A stretch of 49,373 nt of DNA from a virus. A program made the translations under genes and the position numbers. The DNA is taken from positions 1 through 49,373 of the IMG/VR virus record IMGVR_UViG_3300017613_000725. One strand, written 5' to 3'. Below, one piece after another: positions 40,706-49,373 of this stretch. Position 1 is the first letter of the stretch. Each line of letters opens with the position of its first letter. Under the pieces are notes generated by a model. That model saw only the letters and a list, made by a program, of their open reading frames with translations, searched no databases and was not told where the DNA came from.

Positions 40706-42910
40706 ATGCCAAGAGAGATTATAAGTTTAACAGAATTTGGCGGGATGGTAACAAATCCTCAATCGGAAGACATTCCGCTTCACACGGCTGAATGGTCAGA
40801 GAACACCGACCCGAATTATAAGGGGAAGTTGATAGGGATACCTGCGAATGGGGCTGCATATCAAGCCAGTACAGATGAAAATGGTGATGTTGAAATACCA
40901 GACGTATATGAGGCAAGTTGGATAAAATATAACAGACCGAATGTAACAGAAGGCATAGACGGTGCTACAAACGCCAGCCCTATTGTTATTACAACTTCTT
41001 CTACACATAATTTAGTTACGGGAGATAAGGTTGTTGTAGAAGACGTAGCCGGGAATACTGCTGCCAATGGGACTTGGAGGATAACCGTTGTTAGTTCGAC
41101 AACTTTCTCTTTAGATGGTTCAACTGGTAATGGAGTATACGTGGGGGGTCTTGACACGGCTACTTATACGGGAGGAGAAAAGTGGGATTTAGTTTATATA
41201 GATAAGAGCGATAACGATATTACGGTTATAGAAGATTTTTATAATAGTGGAGAAATATACAGGACTTTCAATGATATGGAAACCACAGGTATAGTCCCTG
41301 AATGTGTAAAAACATTTAATAACCAAGCAAATATAGGTTGTGGGACTGCTGATAGGAGCAGAGTAATCCATAGGTTAATAAGCAATAAGAATTTTTTCAA
41401 TAGCGATAAAACTGCTTTAGCTGGATTAAAGTTAGAGATATACGGCACTCAGAACTTAGGAACTTCGCCGGGTGGCGTTTCGATCGCTATCGCAGGAGGC
41501 GGTTTACAAGCAGAGGGTAGCGGATTTTTCCAAGCCGATATATTATACGCTTGGGCTGTAAGTTATGTATATGACGGAGTGCAGGAAAGCGATTTATATT
41601 TTAACAGCTATGATGTGAACGATTCAGACGCTGCGGCTTCTTCTACTGCGACCTTAACGGTAACGGTTGATGGTGCTGACGCTGACCTTACTGTAATGGA
41701 CAGGCGGATTACGGGGGTGAATGTTTACAGAGCAGAGTCGTCTGATGGTATAAAGCAAAACTTAGGTTTATTCAGGTTTGTAGAGACTATAGATATAAAC
41801 TCAGGCACAAGTGCTGCGAACTGGGTTGGCGGTGGCACGGATTATACTTTAGCCTACACTGACAACGGCGGTTTCCCAGAGGGCGGGCAAACATTTGAAG
41901 AGAACACAGGTTTCTCAGAAACACGGCTTGTTACAGAAATAGCGTATGGTTTAAACGAAGTTGGTGGCGGTTATCATTGGGTAGCCAAGGGCGAACCCTG
42001 GCAGAAAACAGAAGATTGGGAAAGATACATCTTTAGGTCAAAGAAATTCAGACCGAATATGTTCGATTGGGTTAAAGACGCAATGCCGCTTCCTGAAATA
42101 CCAACTGCGTTAGCGTGGTATAATAATAAACTGTATGCCTTTGGATTAAATACGACTTATAGGATAAACCCTGAATTACTGATAATAGAAGATGCTTTTG
42201 AAGGTGCGGGGTGCTCTAACAGACAGGCGGTTACGGTTACTGAATTTGGTATGTTTTTTTGTAATCTTAACGGTGCTTACAGACTTGTGGGGAATAAGTT
42301 AGATGTTATTTCAGACGATATAAAGATAGATGGAGACGTGTTAAGTAACGTAGGTTGGAAAAGTTTCGCTTATGACGCACTTGTAAGCCCTGCAAATTTA
42401 GGTAGGTTAATCACGCTATATGATGCCAATATGCGATGTGTTGTTTTCATAGGGCAGGATGCTTCGGCAGCCAATGTAGATGCGTTATCATTTCATTTAC
42501 CTACGGGCAGTTGGAGAGAGTGGGGTTTCTCAAATGGCATAGCGAATGTAGATAGTAATTCCGGTGCTTTTAGCGGTAAGGATGGGGAGTTATATTTTTC
42601 TAATAACACTGTGTTGTATCCTTTAATGAGTCATTTAACAAATACGCAAGCACTTAATTGGGTCTCTAAACAATTCCATTTGGGGGAGCCTTCGCAGGAA
42701 AAAAGTTTAGCTAAATTAAAGTGGGATGGTACTGCGACTGTGAAGTATAATACAACTGACGGGAGCAACCCGACAAGCGGAACTGCTGCTACCAGCGATA
42801 CTTATATAAATGCGTATAAGAAATTAGTTCAGATTTCTATTACTTGTGCTGCAAATGCCTCGGTAGATTCTATGGATATTATAATGAGGAAGTTAATTGG
42901 GAAGCGTTAG
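40706..42910 (+). CDS. tail tubular B / nozzle-like structural protein
   Basis: 734 aa; inserted small beta domain NASPIVITTSSTHNLVTGDKVVVEDVAGNTAANGTWRITVVSSTTFSL, common in phage tail proteins. Confidence 0.45.
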   Translation: MPREIISLTEFGGMVTNPQSEDIPLHTAEWSENTDPNYKGKLIGIPANGAAYQASTDENGDVEIPDVYEASWIKYNRPNVTEGIDGATNASPIVITTSSTHNLVTGDKVVVEDVAGNTAANGTWRITVVSSTTFSLDGSTGNGVYVGGLDTATYTGGEKWDLVYIDKSDNDITVIEDFYNSGEIYRTFNDMETTGIVPECVKTFNNQANIGCGTADRSRVIHRLISNKNFFNSDKTALAGLKLEIYGTQNLGTSPGGVSIAIAGGGLQAEGSGFFQADILYAWAVSYVYDGVQESDLYFNSYDVNDSDAAASSTATLTVTVDGADADLTVMDRRITGVNVYRAESSDGIKQNLGLFRFVETIDINSGTSAANWVGGGTDYTLAYTDNGGFPEGGQTFEENTGFSETRLVTEIAYGLNEVGGGYHWVAKGEPWQKTEDWERYIFRSKKFRPNMFDWVKDAMPLPEIPTALAWYNNKLYAFGLNTTYRINPELLIIEDAFEGAGCSNRQAVTVTEFGMFFCNLNGAYRLVGNKLDVISDDIKIDGDVLSNVGWKSFAYDALVSPANLGRLITLYDANMRCVVFIGQDASAANVDALSFHLPTGSWREWGFSNGIANVDSNSGAFSGKDGELYFSNNTVLYPLMSHLTNTQALNWVSKQFHLGEPSQEKSLAKLKWDGTATVKYNTTDGSNPTSGTAATSDTYINAYKKLVQISITCAANASVDSMDIIMRKLIGKR

Positions 42911-43082
42911 CGATAACATATTAAAGCAATTAGAGCAGATATTCAAAAATCAACCACTATATCAGGTTAAATCTGATGCTGTGAAAAGGAATTTAGATGC
43001 GGTTAATCCAACGGCGGCTAATAATGCGAAGGTATTGGCTACCTTGATAAACGATTTGAAAAAACAAAAAATATTAAAATAG
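42897..43082 (+). CDS. small hypothetical protein (TTG start)
   Basis: Track ORF; no internal Met. Confidence 0.4.
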   Translation: MGSVSDNILKQLEQIFKNQPLYQVKSDAVKRNLDAVNPTAANNAKVLATLINDLKKQKILK

Positions 43083-43092
43083 GAGAAATAAA

Positions 43093-43866
43093 ATGCCTTA
43101 TACACCACCAGCACACTTAGCACACCATCCTTGGGAGCAATATCGTCAAGAGATGGGTATAGAATCAATCAGTAGCGGGACAAGACCGGGGATTGTGGCG
43201 GGTTTCCAGCAATGGCAAGCCCAGAAACAACTTCAAGAAAGATATAAAGACGTTACTAATTTTGGTTCACCGCTTTATCAACAGTATCGAAGCTTTTTAG
43301 AAAAGGCAACTCCGCAAATAGGCACAAACACTTTGTTGGCTCCCTTAATGGCGGGTGGGGGAAACTTTGGTGCATCTCAGGTGCAGGCGAATGCCTTGCG
43401 AGATGAATTAGGGAAAGAGCGGACTGACGCTATCAACACAGGCACTCAAGGATTCGCTTTGGGTATGCAGGGGCAGGCAGGTGGGTTGCTTGGGCAATTT
43501 CAGCAGGGCGCACAGTTTACAGCAGAGATGGCACAAAGGAAAAAGGAATTTGAGGAATCGAATGAAGCAGGGATTTTTGATTATTTGTCGGCTGGTTTGC
43601 CCATCCTTGGTTCTATTGGTTTAGCCCCATTCACGGGCGGTGCCTCTATGGCAGGTATGGCAACCTCTGACAGACGCTTAAAAGAGAATATAGAGAAAGT
43701 AGGTATATCGCCAAGCGGAGTTAATGTTTATGAATTTAACTATAAGGGTGGCGATACGAGATACAGGGGTGCTATGGCAGACGAAAATCCAGAAGCGTCA
43801 ATAGAGAGAAATGGTATCAAATATTTAGACTACTCTAAAATAGATGTAAACTTTGAGGTGATATAA
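43093..43866 (+). CDS. Gly/Gln-rich protein with a C-terminal peptidase-S74 intramolecular chaperone auto-processing domain
   Basis: TSDRRLKENIEKVGISPSGVNVYEFNYKGGDTRYRGAMADE...IKYLDYSKI matches the S74 SDxRxKxNI...Y.Y...G..A.E signature. Confidence 0.75.
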   Translation: MPYTPPAHLAHHPWEQYRQEMGIESISSGTRPGIVAGFQQWQAQKQLQERYKDVTNFGSPLYQQYRSFLEKATPQIGTNTLLAPLMAGGGNFGASQVQANALRDELGKERTDAINTGTQGFALGMQGQAGGLLGQFQQGAQFTAEMAQRKKEFEESNEAGIFDYLSAGLPILGSIGLAPFTGGASMAGMATSDRRLKENIEKVGISPSGVNVYEFNYKGGDTRYRGAMADENPEASIERNGIKYLDYSKIDVNFEVI

Positions 43867-44855
43867 TGCCAAATAGACAATCAGTACAGCAGTTTGGTGA
43901 AAAGTTCCTTGCGGTTATCCAAAACCTTAAAAGGGAGAAACAGGAGAGGGACGAATTCAACAGAGAAATGCGGTTCAGGTACAGGCAGATGAATTTGTTG
44001 AATACTTACCGAGAAGGTATAATTGAAAATCAACGGGTACAGCAAGAAAGATTACAAAATCAGTTAGACTTTAATGTAGCACAAAATTATACGCCCGTAG
44101 AAAATATAGGTATAACAGGCAGGGTAAATCCGAGGACGGGTAAATATGACACGGAAACAGGCTCTTTACCCATAACCACCAGCAAGGAAACAAAAGAAAC
44201 ATTTGGTGCTGATATAGGTGAGGGTAATTTTATCAAAAACACCCTGATACCAAAAACCCCAGAACCATTCACAGGCGACAGATATGAAACCATAGCGAGT
44301 AATGTTGTGGGCACAGGTGATTATAAAGGTCAAAAAGTTAATAAGGTTTGGGATAAACAAAAACAAGTAGAAACTCAAATACCTGTTTTTAGAGAACCCG
44401 ATAAGAGTCCTGAAGACAAAACCCCTAAAACGCCTTATACAAACCAAATAAAATTAGATGCTTCTGAAGACCGTCTTGCGGAATTGAAAAAAGTTAGAAA
44501 TAGTGGTGGTGAAACTTATTCTTACTATGATGAAAATGGTACACCAGTAAAGAATATTAGCAAAGCAGGAATGGATATAGTAATAAAGCGTGAAGAAGAA
44601 AAGTTGAAGTCTTTATTAGACGACAAAGCAGAATGGTTTAATTCTAAATGGGGGAACTTTGACCAAGTTTACAGGATACTCGTAGATGATGTCGAAGAAG
44701 GATATATAACCTCAAATAATTATGAGAGTCAGATAAACCAGAGGATGCCAAACGCACCACAAGATGGAAAAAACAGGATGAAAGACTTGGTTAAACAGAG
44801 GCTGGGGGTATCTCTAAACCCAGAAGTGCCAACCCGTTTATTATTTAATAAATAA
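43866..44855 (+). CDS. internal virion / ejection protein candidate
   Basis: ATAATG overlap; charged 329-aa protein located between tail genes and the giant gene. Confidence 0.4.
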   Translation: MPNRQSVQQFGEKFLAVIQNLKREKQERDEFNREMRFRYRQMNLLNTYREGIIENQRVQQERLQNQLDFNVAQNYTPVENIGITGRVNPRTGKYDTETGSLPITTSKETKETFGADIGEGNFIKNTLIPKTPEPFTGDRYETIASNVVGTGDYKGQKVNKVWDKQKQVETQIPVFREPDKSPEDKTPKTPYTNQIKLDASEDRLAELKKVRNSGGETYSYYDENGTPVKNISKAGMDIVIKREEEKLKSLLDDKAEWFNSKWGNFDQVYRILVDDVEEGYITSNNYESQINQRMPNAPQDGKNRMKDLVKQRLGVSLNPEVPTRLLFNK

Positions 44856-44860
44856 ATATT

Positions 44861-47800
44861 ATGCCAGAAGATAAAAAATATTCGACAACGCTTGATGTTG
44901 ACCTTTCAAGACGCCTTAGTTTAGAGTTAAGACAACCAAAGGATAAGCCCGAAGAACCCCCTATTATCGAGCAGGCTAAAAACCTTGCTACGGGCATAGA
45001 CCTTTTAACTAATGTCTTAGAAGATAAACCAATAAGATTACAAAATCAAGTAGCCACGCAGGAATCTACCACACAACCACTTGGAGATATATTAAGACCA
45101 GATATAAATAGGGGTGTGATACAGGAGCAATTAGATAAAAAACCTGAGTGGTATCCGAAAATTAAAGAAATGATGCCGTCTTTAGACAGGGATGTGAGTA
45201 AAGACCTGCCTTTATACGAGTCTCCTAAAAGCGAGATTAAAACAATCGACCCTTTCAAAGGGGGCAAGGATGTGCCATACCAACAGAGGGCTATGAACCA
45301 AATAAACAGCACTCTTTTGAAGATGAACTTGCATAGTTCTGGTATCGGGGACTTATCCAGAGAACTTCTTACCCCAATAATTGCTGGTGGCAAAAGACTC
45401 CAAGAGGGGCAAACACAACTTGCGAAATTACAACCTGAAGGATTAGGCAATATAGCATTAGGTATAGCTGGTTCAGCATTTGGCACATTTATGATGCCGT
45501 TTGGTATAGCAAGAGTTACAGGAACGCAATTAGGCGGTGAAACGGCTGGCAAGATAGCTGAACTAAGTGCGTTGGGAATATCGGGCGGTTTACCTTTAAT
45601 AGCAGGTTATTTCGCTTCTCAAGGGGCAACCGAATTAGCTGATAATTTAATGGAGGGCAAGAATCTTACCCCGAAACAGATAGAAACCGTACAAGAAGTG
45701 GTAGGGTTGTTCGCATTTATCGGTGGTGCTAAAGTTGCTGGTAAGGTTAAGGGTGCGGTATTAAAGAAAGCAGGTATTTCACCTGAATTATACAAAAAAG
45801 TAGTAGATTACACTAAATCCATAGACAAAGTAGTAAGAGAATCTCTCAAACCAGAGAAAGGGCAAGTACAATTAGGTAAAAAACCGAGAGTATCGAGAGA
45901 AGAATTTGAGCAGGAAATAAAGAAAACTAAATCTGAGGTAGCCCAAGAGAAGCCAAGAGATAAGGGTAAATTTCAAAAAACCACAAAAACAAAAGAAAAA
46001 CCACAACCCTTAGTAGAAGGCGAGATTTTTGAGAACATAGGCAAAGACGGTAAAACCAGATATTTCAAAGTTGTTGACGGCAAGAAAAAACCATTTAGCA
46101 AAAAGGAGAGAGAAGATGCCCTGCGGGAAGAAAAGCCCGAAGCCCCAAAAGAAGAAGTAACCCAAAGGGAACAGTTAGCCCAAAAAATTTACGAGTTAGA
46201 GCCGATTGGTATTGAGGAAGCCAGAAAAATTGTTGCGAGGATGGATGATAAAACAGTAGAGGCACAGTTGATGCCGACACCAAAAGTTATCAAACAAGCG
46301 TCTGGGATAGTCGGCGGGATGGATAAATTAACGGAAATGTATAATGAAGCCGTCCTGAAAAAAATAAAAAAAGATGACCCACGTAATATTGACCCCATAC
46401 AAAAAGCAGGCGGGCTTGAGGATTTAGCAAGGAATATAGTGGCTGGGAAATTCCCACAAGGGTTTAAACCAAAAACTGAGAAACCTACCACAGAACCCAT
46501 CAAGGGTGGGGAGAAATTAGAGAGTAGGGTCAACGAATTTCTCAAAGAGAGAAAAATACCCAAAGAACAAGCAGACAAGTTGTCTATTGAAGACAAAACT
46601 AAATTAGCTGAAGAATTTAATAAGTGGTCAGAGAAGAAATACCCCGAAGAAACCCCCAACGCTTTTACGAGAGCATTTCTAAAAGAATTTGGCAAACAAC
46701 CCCCTAAAGGCGAAGGAATAAAAGGCAGAGAACCTGTAAAAACTAAAAAGAAAACAAGTGCTGAATATAAATCTAAATTTGACTTAGAAACACCTTCAAC
46801 TAACGAAAGCGTAAACAAATTAAGAAGAGAAGCATTAGGTGGCGGTAAGGTTACTTCTTTTGCAGACCCCGTACGAATGGCGGCTTCTATAAAATTAGGT
46901 GCTATACACTTAGCTGAACTAATAAGGGCTGGTAGTAAAAAGGCTACTCGTTACGCTGAGTGGTCAAAACAAATGGTTAAGGATTTAGGAGAAAAAGTAA
47001 AACCTAAACTACTTAAAATATGGAGTGAAATAAAGAAACAATTTGGTAAAAAATTAGCACAGATAGTTGAATCTCCGTTATTCCCTATAAAACAGACTAA
47101 AATAATAGAGGGTAAGTTTTTAGATAGGTCGCCATTCGGAAAAGAAGAAAAGCCTAAAGGAGAACCAAAAAAGACTACAAGCATTAAAAATGAGTTTGTT
47201 AATAAAGAGAGAACCAAAAGAGGATTACAGCCCTTAAAGAAGGAATTTGTTAGAGAATGGGGAGATGTTGGGCAAGACGCATTAAGACAAATTGAAACAG
47301 GTAAGGTAAACCCGAATAAATTAGCAGACGACTTAATCAAAAACCCAAGACCGCATACAGATGTAGAAGCGGCAATTTTAAGTTATGAAAAACTAAGAAT
47401 AAAAGAAGTACGCAACGATATAAATAGAAGATTAGCAGATAACCCCAAATTATCTAAAGAAGCATTAGAGTTAGACGAGTTATACCATAAGAACGAATTA
47501 GCTTCTAATCTTTCCGGTACTGAAGTAGCGAGAGCCTTAAATATCAGGAAAATGGAACTACAAGATGATTATAGTATAGCCCCCTTGCTTAACAGGGCGA
47601 GGACTGCTAATGGTGATAAGGTTATCCCACAACAAGTTAGGACTAAATTAGAAACTTCTTCAAGGAATATAGAAAAAACAACTAAGAAGGCTGACAAATT
47701 AGAGAAACAATTAGCCGAAGAATCAGCTAAAGAATATGTAAATGAATTAACTGTAAAAGAAGTTAAAAAACGCAAACAAATAAAAAGAGCAGAATCTAAA

Positions 47801-49373
47801 GAGGCTATTGACCTTAAATATGACGATTTAGTAAAAGAGTTTGCCAAGGCTACACAGTTTAATATTCTACTTGACCCGAAACAAATAAAGATAATGGCGT
47901 TAATGACCAAAAACAGGGTAGAGAAGGGTGTAACTTCTGTTAATGATATAGTAGATGCTATACACGAATCTACTAAACAATATGTAGACGGGTTGACGAA
48001 AAGAGATGTATTAGATGTTATCGGGGGATACGGTAAACATTCTAAGTTAAGCAAAACAGAAATAAATATAAAGCTAAGAGACATAAAAAGACAAGCAAGG
48101 TTACTTTCCGCAATAGACGATGTTAAAACCAAGCAACAGAAACCATTAAAAAGCGGTGTAGAAAGAGATAGACTTAGTGCCCGTGTTAAGGAATTACAAA
48201 GGCAATTAAAAATTGAAATGGAGAAGGCTGGTTTAGAGAGAGGTATGACAGAAGCCTCTTTAAGGAAATCATACGAAACAAGATTAAAGAACAGAAGAGC
48301 CGAACTGCAAAGAATGTTAAGAACTGGCGACTTTACTAAAAAGCCACGCAGGTCTGTTGAAATGGATAAGGATTTACAAAAACTTAAAGACGAAGTTGAT
48401 TTATTAAAGATTGAGGCTGATAAGGAGATTTATTTATTAGAACAGGCTAACAAAAGCAAATATGAAAAAGGCAAAGAATTATTTACTGAGATTATTAATG
48501 TTCCTAAATCTGTTAAATCTGCTTGGGATTTATCCGCACCATTCAGGCAGGGTGCGTTTGCTTTAGCGAACCATCCAATTATAGGTTTTAAAAAAGGCGG
48601 GGCGTTCAGGGAAATGTTCAAATACGCTGTAGGCGATAAGTTTATGAGACAGCTAAAAAGAGAGATTAAAGAACACCCTAATCTACCTTTAATTAAAAAA
48701 TCTGGTTTATATTTAGCGAACTTAGAAAGCACTTTAGGAAGGGTTTTGGGCAAGGAAGAGGCGTTTCAATCTCATATCCCTGAGAAGATACCTGTTATAA
48801 AACACGGTATAAAATTTTCAGAAAGAGGTTATACAGGATTTTTAGATAAACTAAGATTTGATATTTTTAACTACAAAGTAGAGCAACTTCAAAGAGCAGG
48901 GCACACATTCAAGGATAGACCTGACTTATACAAAGCCACAGCTAAGTTAATAAACATTGGAACAGGCAGAGGAACTTTAGGGGGATTTGAAAAGGCGGCG
49001 AGAGTATTAAGTTTAGGGCTTTTTTCACCGAGATTGATTGCGTCAAGATTACAGATACTAACAATGCCTTTAACGGGCTACGCAAGATTACCTAAAGAAC
49101 TGAGGGTGTCTGCTATGCTGGATTTAGTAAGGTTTATGGGCGTAGGGACTACAATAGCAATGTTAGGTAAATTAGCGGGTGCAGATGTTGAGAGTGATGT
49201 AACAAGTTCAGACTTTATGAAAATAAAAATAGGCAACTCACGAATAGACCCGTGGGCTGGTTTACAACAGCCATTTGTGTTGGGGGCAAGATTACAGCCC
49301 TTTAATACAGATATGCTTTCATCAACAGGCAAAAGGATAAAGTTAGACGGTTCGGAATTTCCGTTTACGTCAA
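44861..49373 (+). CDS. giant (1593 aa in total) internal-virion / DNA-ejection-like protein; 5' part, continues into 1..346
   Basis: I checked the frame line by line: there is no stop from ATG 44861 to the window end. Gly/Ala-rich hydrophobic segments near both ends flank a long Lys/Glu-rich helical middle. The gene is missing from the ORF track because it has no in-window stop. Confidence 0.85.
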   Translation, partial: MPEDKKYSTTLDVDLSRRLSLELRQPKDKPEEPPIIEQAKNLATGIDLLTNVLEDKPIRLQNQVATQESTTQPLGDILRPDINRGVIQEQLDKKPEWYPKIKEMMPSLDRDVSKDLPLYESPKSEIKTIDPFKGGKDVPYQQRAMNQINSTLLKMNLHSSGIGDLSRELLTPIIAGGKRLQEGQTQLAKLQPEGLGNIALGIAGSAFGTFMMPFGIARVTGTQLGGETAGKIAELSALGISGGLPLIAGYFASQGATELADNLMEGKNLTPKQIETVQEVVGLFAFIGGAKVAGKVKGAVLKKAGISPELYKKVVDYTKSIDKVVRESLKPEKGQVQLGKKPRVSREEFEQEIKKTKSEVAQEKPRDKGKFQKTTKTKEKPQPLVEGEIFENIGKDGKTRYFKVVDGKKKPFSKKEREDALREEKPEAPKEEVTQREQLAQKIYELEPIGIEEARKIVARMDDKTVEAQLMPTPKVIKQASGIVGGMDKLTEMYNEAVLKKIKKDDPRNIDPIQKAGGLEDLARNIVAGKFPQGFKPKTEKPTTEPIKGGEKLESRVNEFLKERKIPKEQADKLSIEDKTKLAEEFNKWSEKKYPEETPNAFTRAFLKEFGKQPPKGEGIKGREPVKTKKKTSAEYKSKFDLETPSTNESVNKLRREALGGGKVTSFADPVRMAASIKLGAIHLAELIRAGSKKATRYAEWSKQMVKDLGEKVKPKLLKIWSEIKKQFGKKLAQIVESPLFPIKQTKIIEGKFLDRSPFGKEEKPKGEPKKTTSIKNEFVNKERTKRGLQPLKKEFVREWGDVGQDALRQIETGKVNPNKLADDLIKNPRPHTDVEAAILSYEKLRIKEVRNDINRRLADNPKLSKEALELDELYHKNELASNLSGTEVARALNIRKMELQDDYSIAPLLNRARTANGDKVIPQQVRTKLETSSRNIEKTTKKADKLEKQLAEESAKEYVNELTVKEVKKRKQIKRAESKEAIDLKYDDLVKEFAKATQFNILLDPKQIKIMALMTKNRVEKGVTSVNDIVDAIHESTKQYVDGLTKRDVLDVIGGYGKHSKLSKTEINIKLRDIKRQARLLSAIDDVKTKQQKPLKSGVERDRLSARVKELQRQLKIEMEKAGLERGMTEASLRKSYETRLKNRRAELQRMLRTGDFTKKPRRSVEMDKDLQKLKDEVDLLKIEADKEIYLLEQANKSKYEKGKELFTEIINVPKSVKSAWDLSAPFRQGAFALANHPIIGFKKGGAFREMFKYAVGDKFMRQLKREIKEHPNLPLIKKSGLYLANLESTLGRVLGKEEAFQSHIPEKIPVIKHGIKFSERGYTGFLDKLRFDIFNYKVEQLQRAGHTFKDRPDLYKATAKLINIGTGRGTLGGFEKAARVLSLGLFSPRLIASRLQILTMPLTGYARLPKELRVSAMLDLVRFMGVGTTIAMLGKLAGADVESDVTSSDFMKIKIGNSRIDPWAGLQQPFVLGARLQPFNTDMLSSTGKRIKLDGSEFPFTS
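49297..49373. repeat. second copy of the 77-bp terminal repeat
   Basis: Identical to 1..77. Confidence 0.95.

Noticed and set aside
45046-49332. Six long minus-strand track ORFs (45046..45552, 46189..46818, 46951..47340, 47569..48132, 48430..48753, 49078..49332)
   Set aside because: They lie antisense to the uninterrupted 1593-aa plus-strand gene. Their products are low-complexity S/L/F-rich mirror images of a K/E-rich gene, and they have no RBS or tiling context.
1-49373. Alternative genetic code (TAG or TGA reassignment), as seen in some phages of Bacteroidota
   Set aside because: ORFs tile densely with all three stops used as terminators. Only one in-frame TAA (27024) interrupts a recognisable domain, and a local mutation explains that better.

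Overview
The window is a complete, circularly closed dsDNA phage genome. Bases 1-77 recur exactly at 49297-49373, giving a unit length of 49,296 bp. There are about 95 tightly packed genes under the standard code, and about 38% GC by eye.

Layout:
- 388-5241: a block of Sec-signal-peptide proteins, including an 844-aa beta-helix depolymerase/tailspike candidate.
- 5238-6750: a run of small membrane proteins that may be a lysis cassette. No endolysin is recognisable.
- 7055-22209: early, DNA-metabolism and accessory genes. These include a metallophosphatase, a PAPS-reductase-like PP-loop protein, a RecB/Cas4-like nuclease, DUF1367-like, DUF1376-like and NinG-like proteins, and two orphan DNA methyltransferases.
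- 22266-25898: a leftward module of small proteins. This is the only minus-strand block.
- 26295-49373, wrapping to 346: the packaging and structural module. It holds a degenerate HNH endonuclease, TerL, portal, scaffold, major capsid, a SAM-methyltransferase plus two-domain glycosyltransferase, adaptor/nozzle-like proteins, a protein with a peptidase-S74 chaperone domain, and a 1593-aa internal-virion-like protein. That last gene crosses the window ends and is absent from the ORF track.

I recognised no DNA polymerase, RNA polymerase, primase/helicase, integrase, tRNA or CRISPR array.

The most unusual signal lies at 16.2-21.3 kb. Almost every gene junction there carries a structured repeat unit of 54-129 nt. 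Each unit has a 5' box (N)TAAC(GG), an internal hairpin and a 3' box ending GTTA(K). The 5' and 3' boxes co-vary as inverted repeats: TATAAC/GTTATA, CTAAC/GTTAG, and AATAAC/GTTATT in one outlier at 6948-7022. Several units extend into the first 20-30 codons of the downstream ORF.

Everything here comes from reading the sequence by eye. No searches or folding programs were run.
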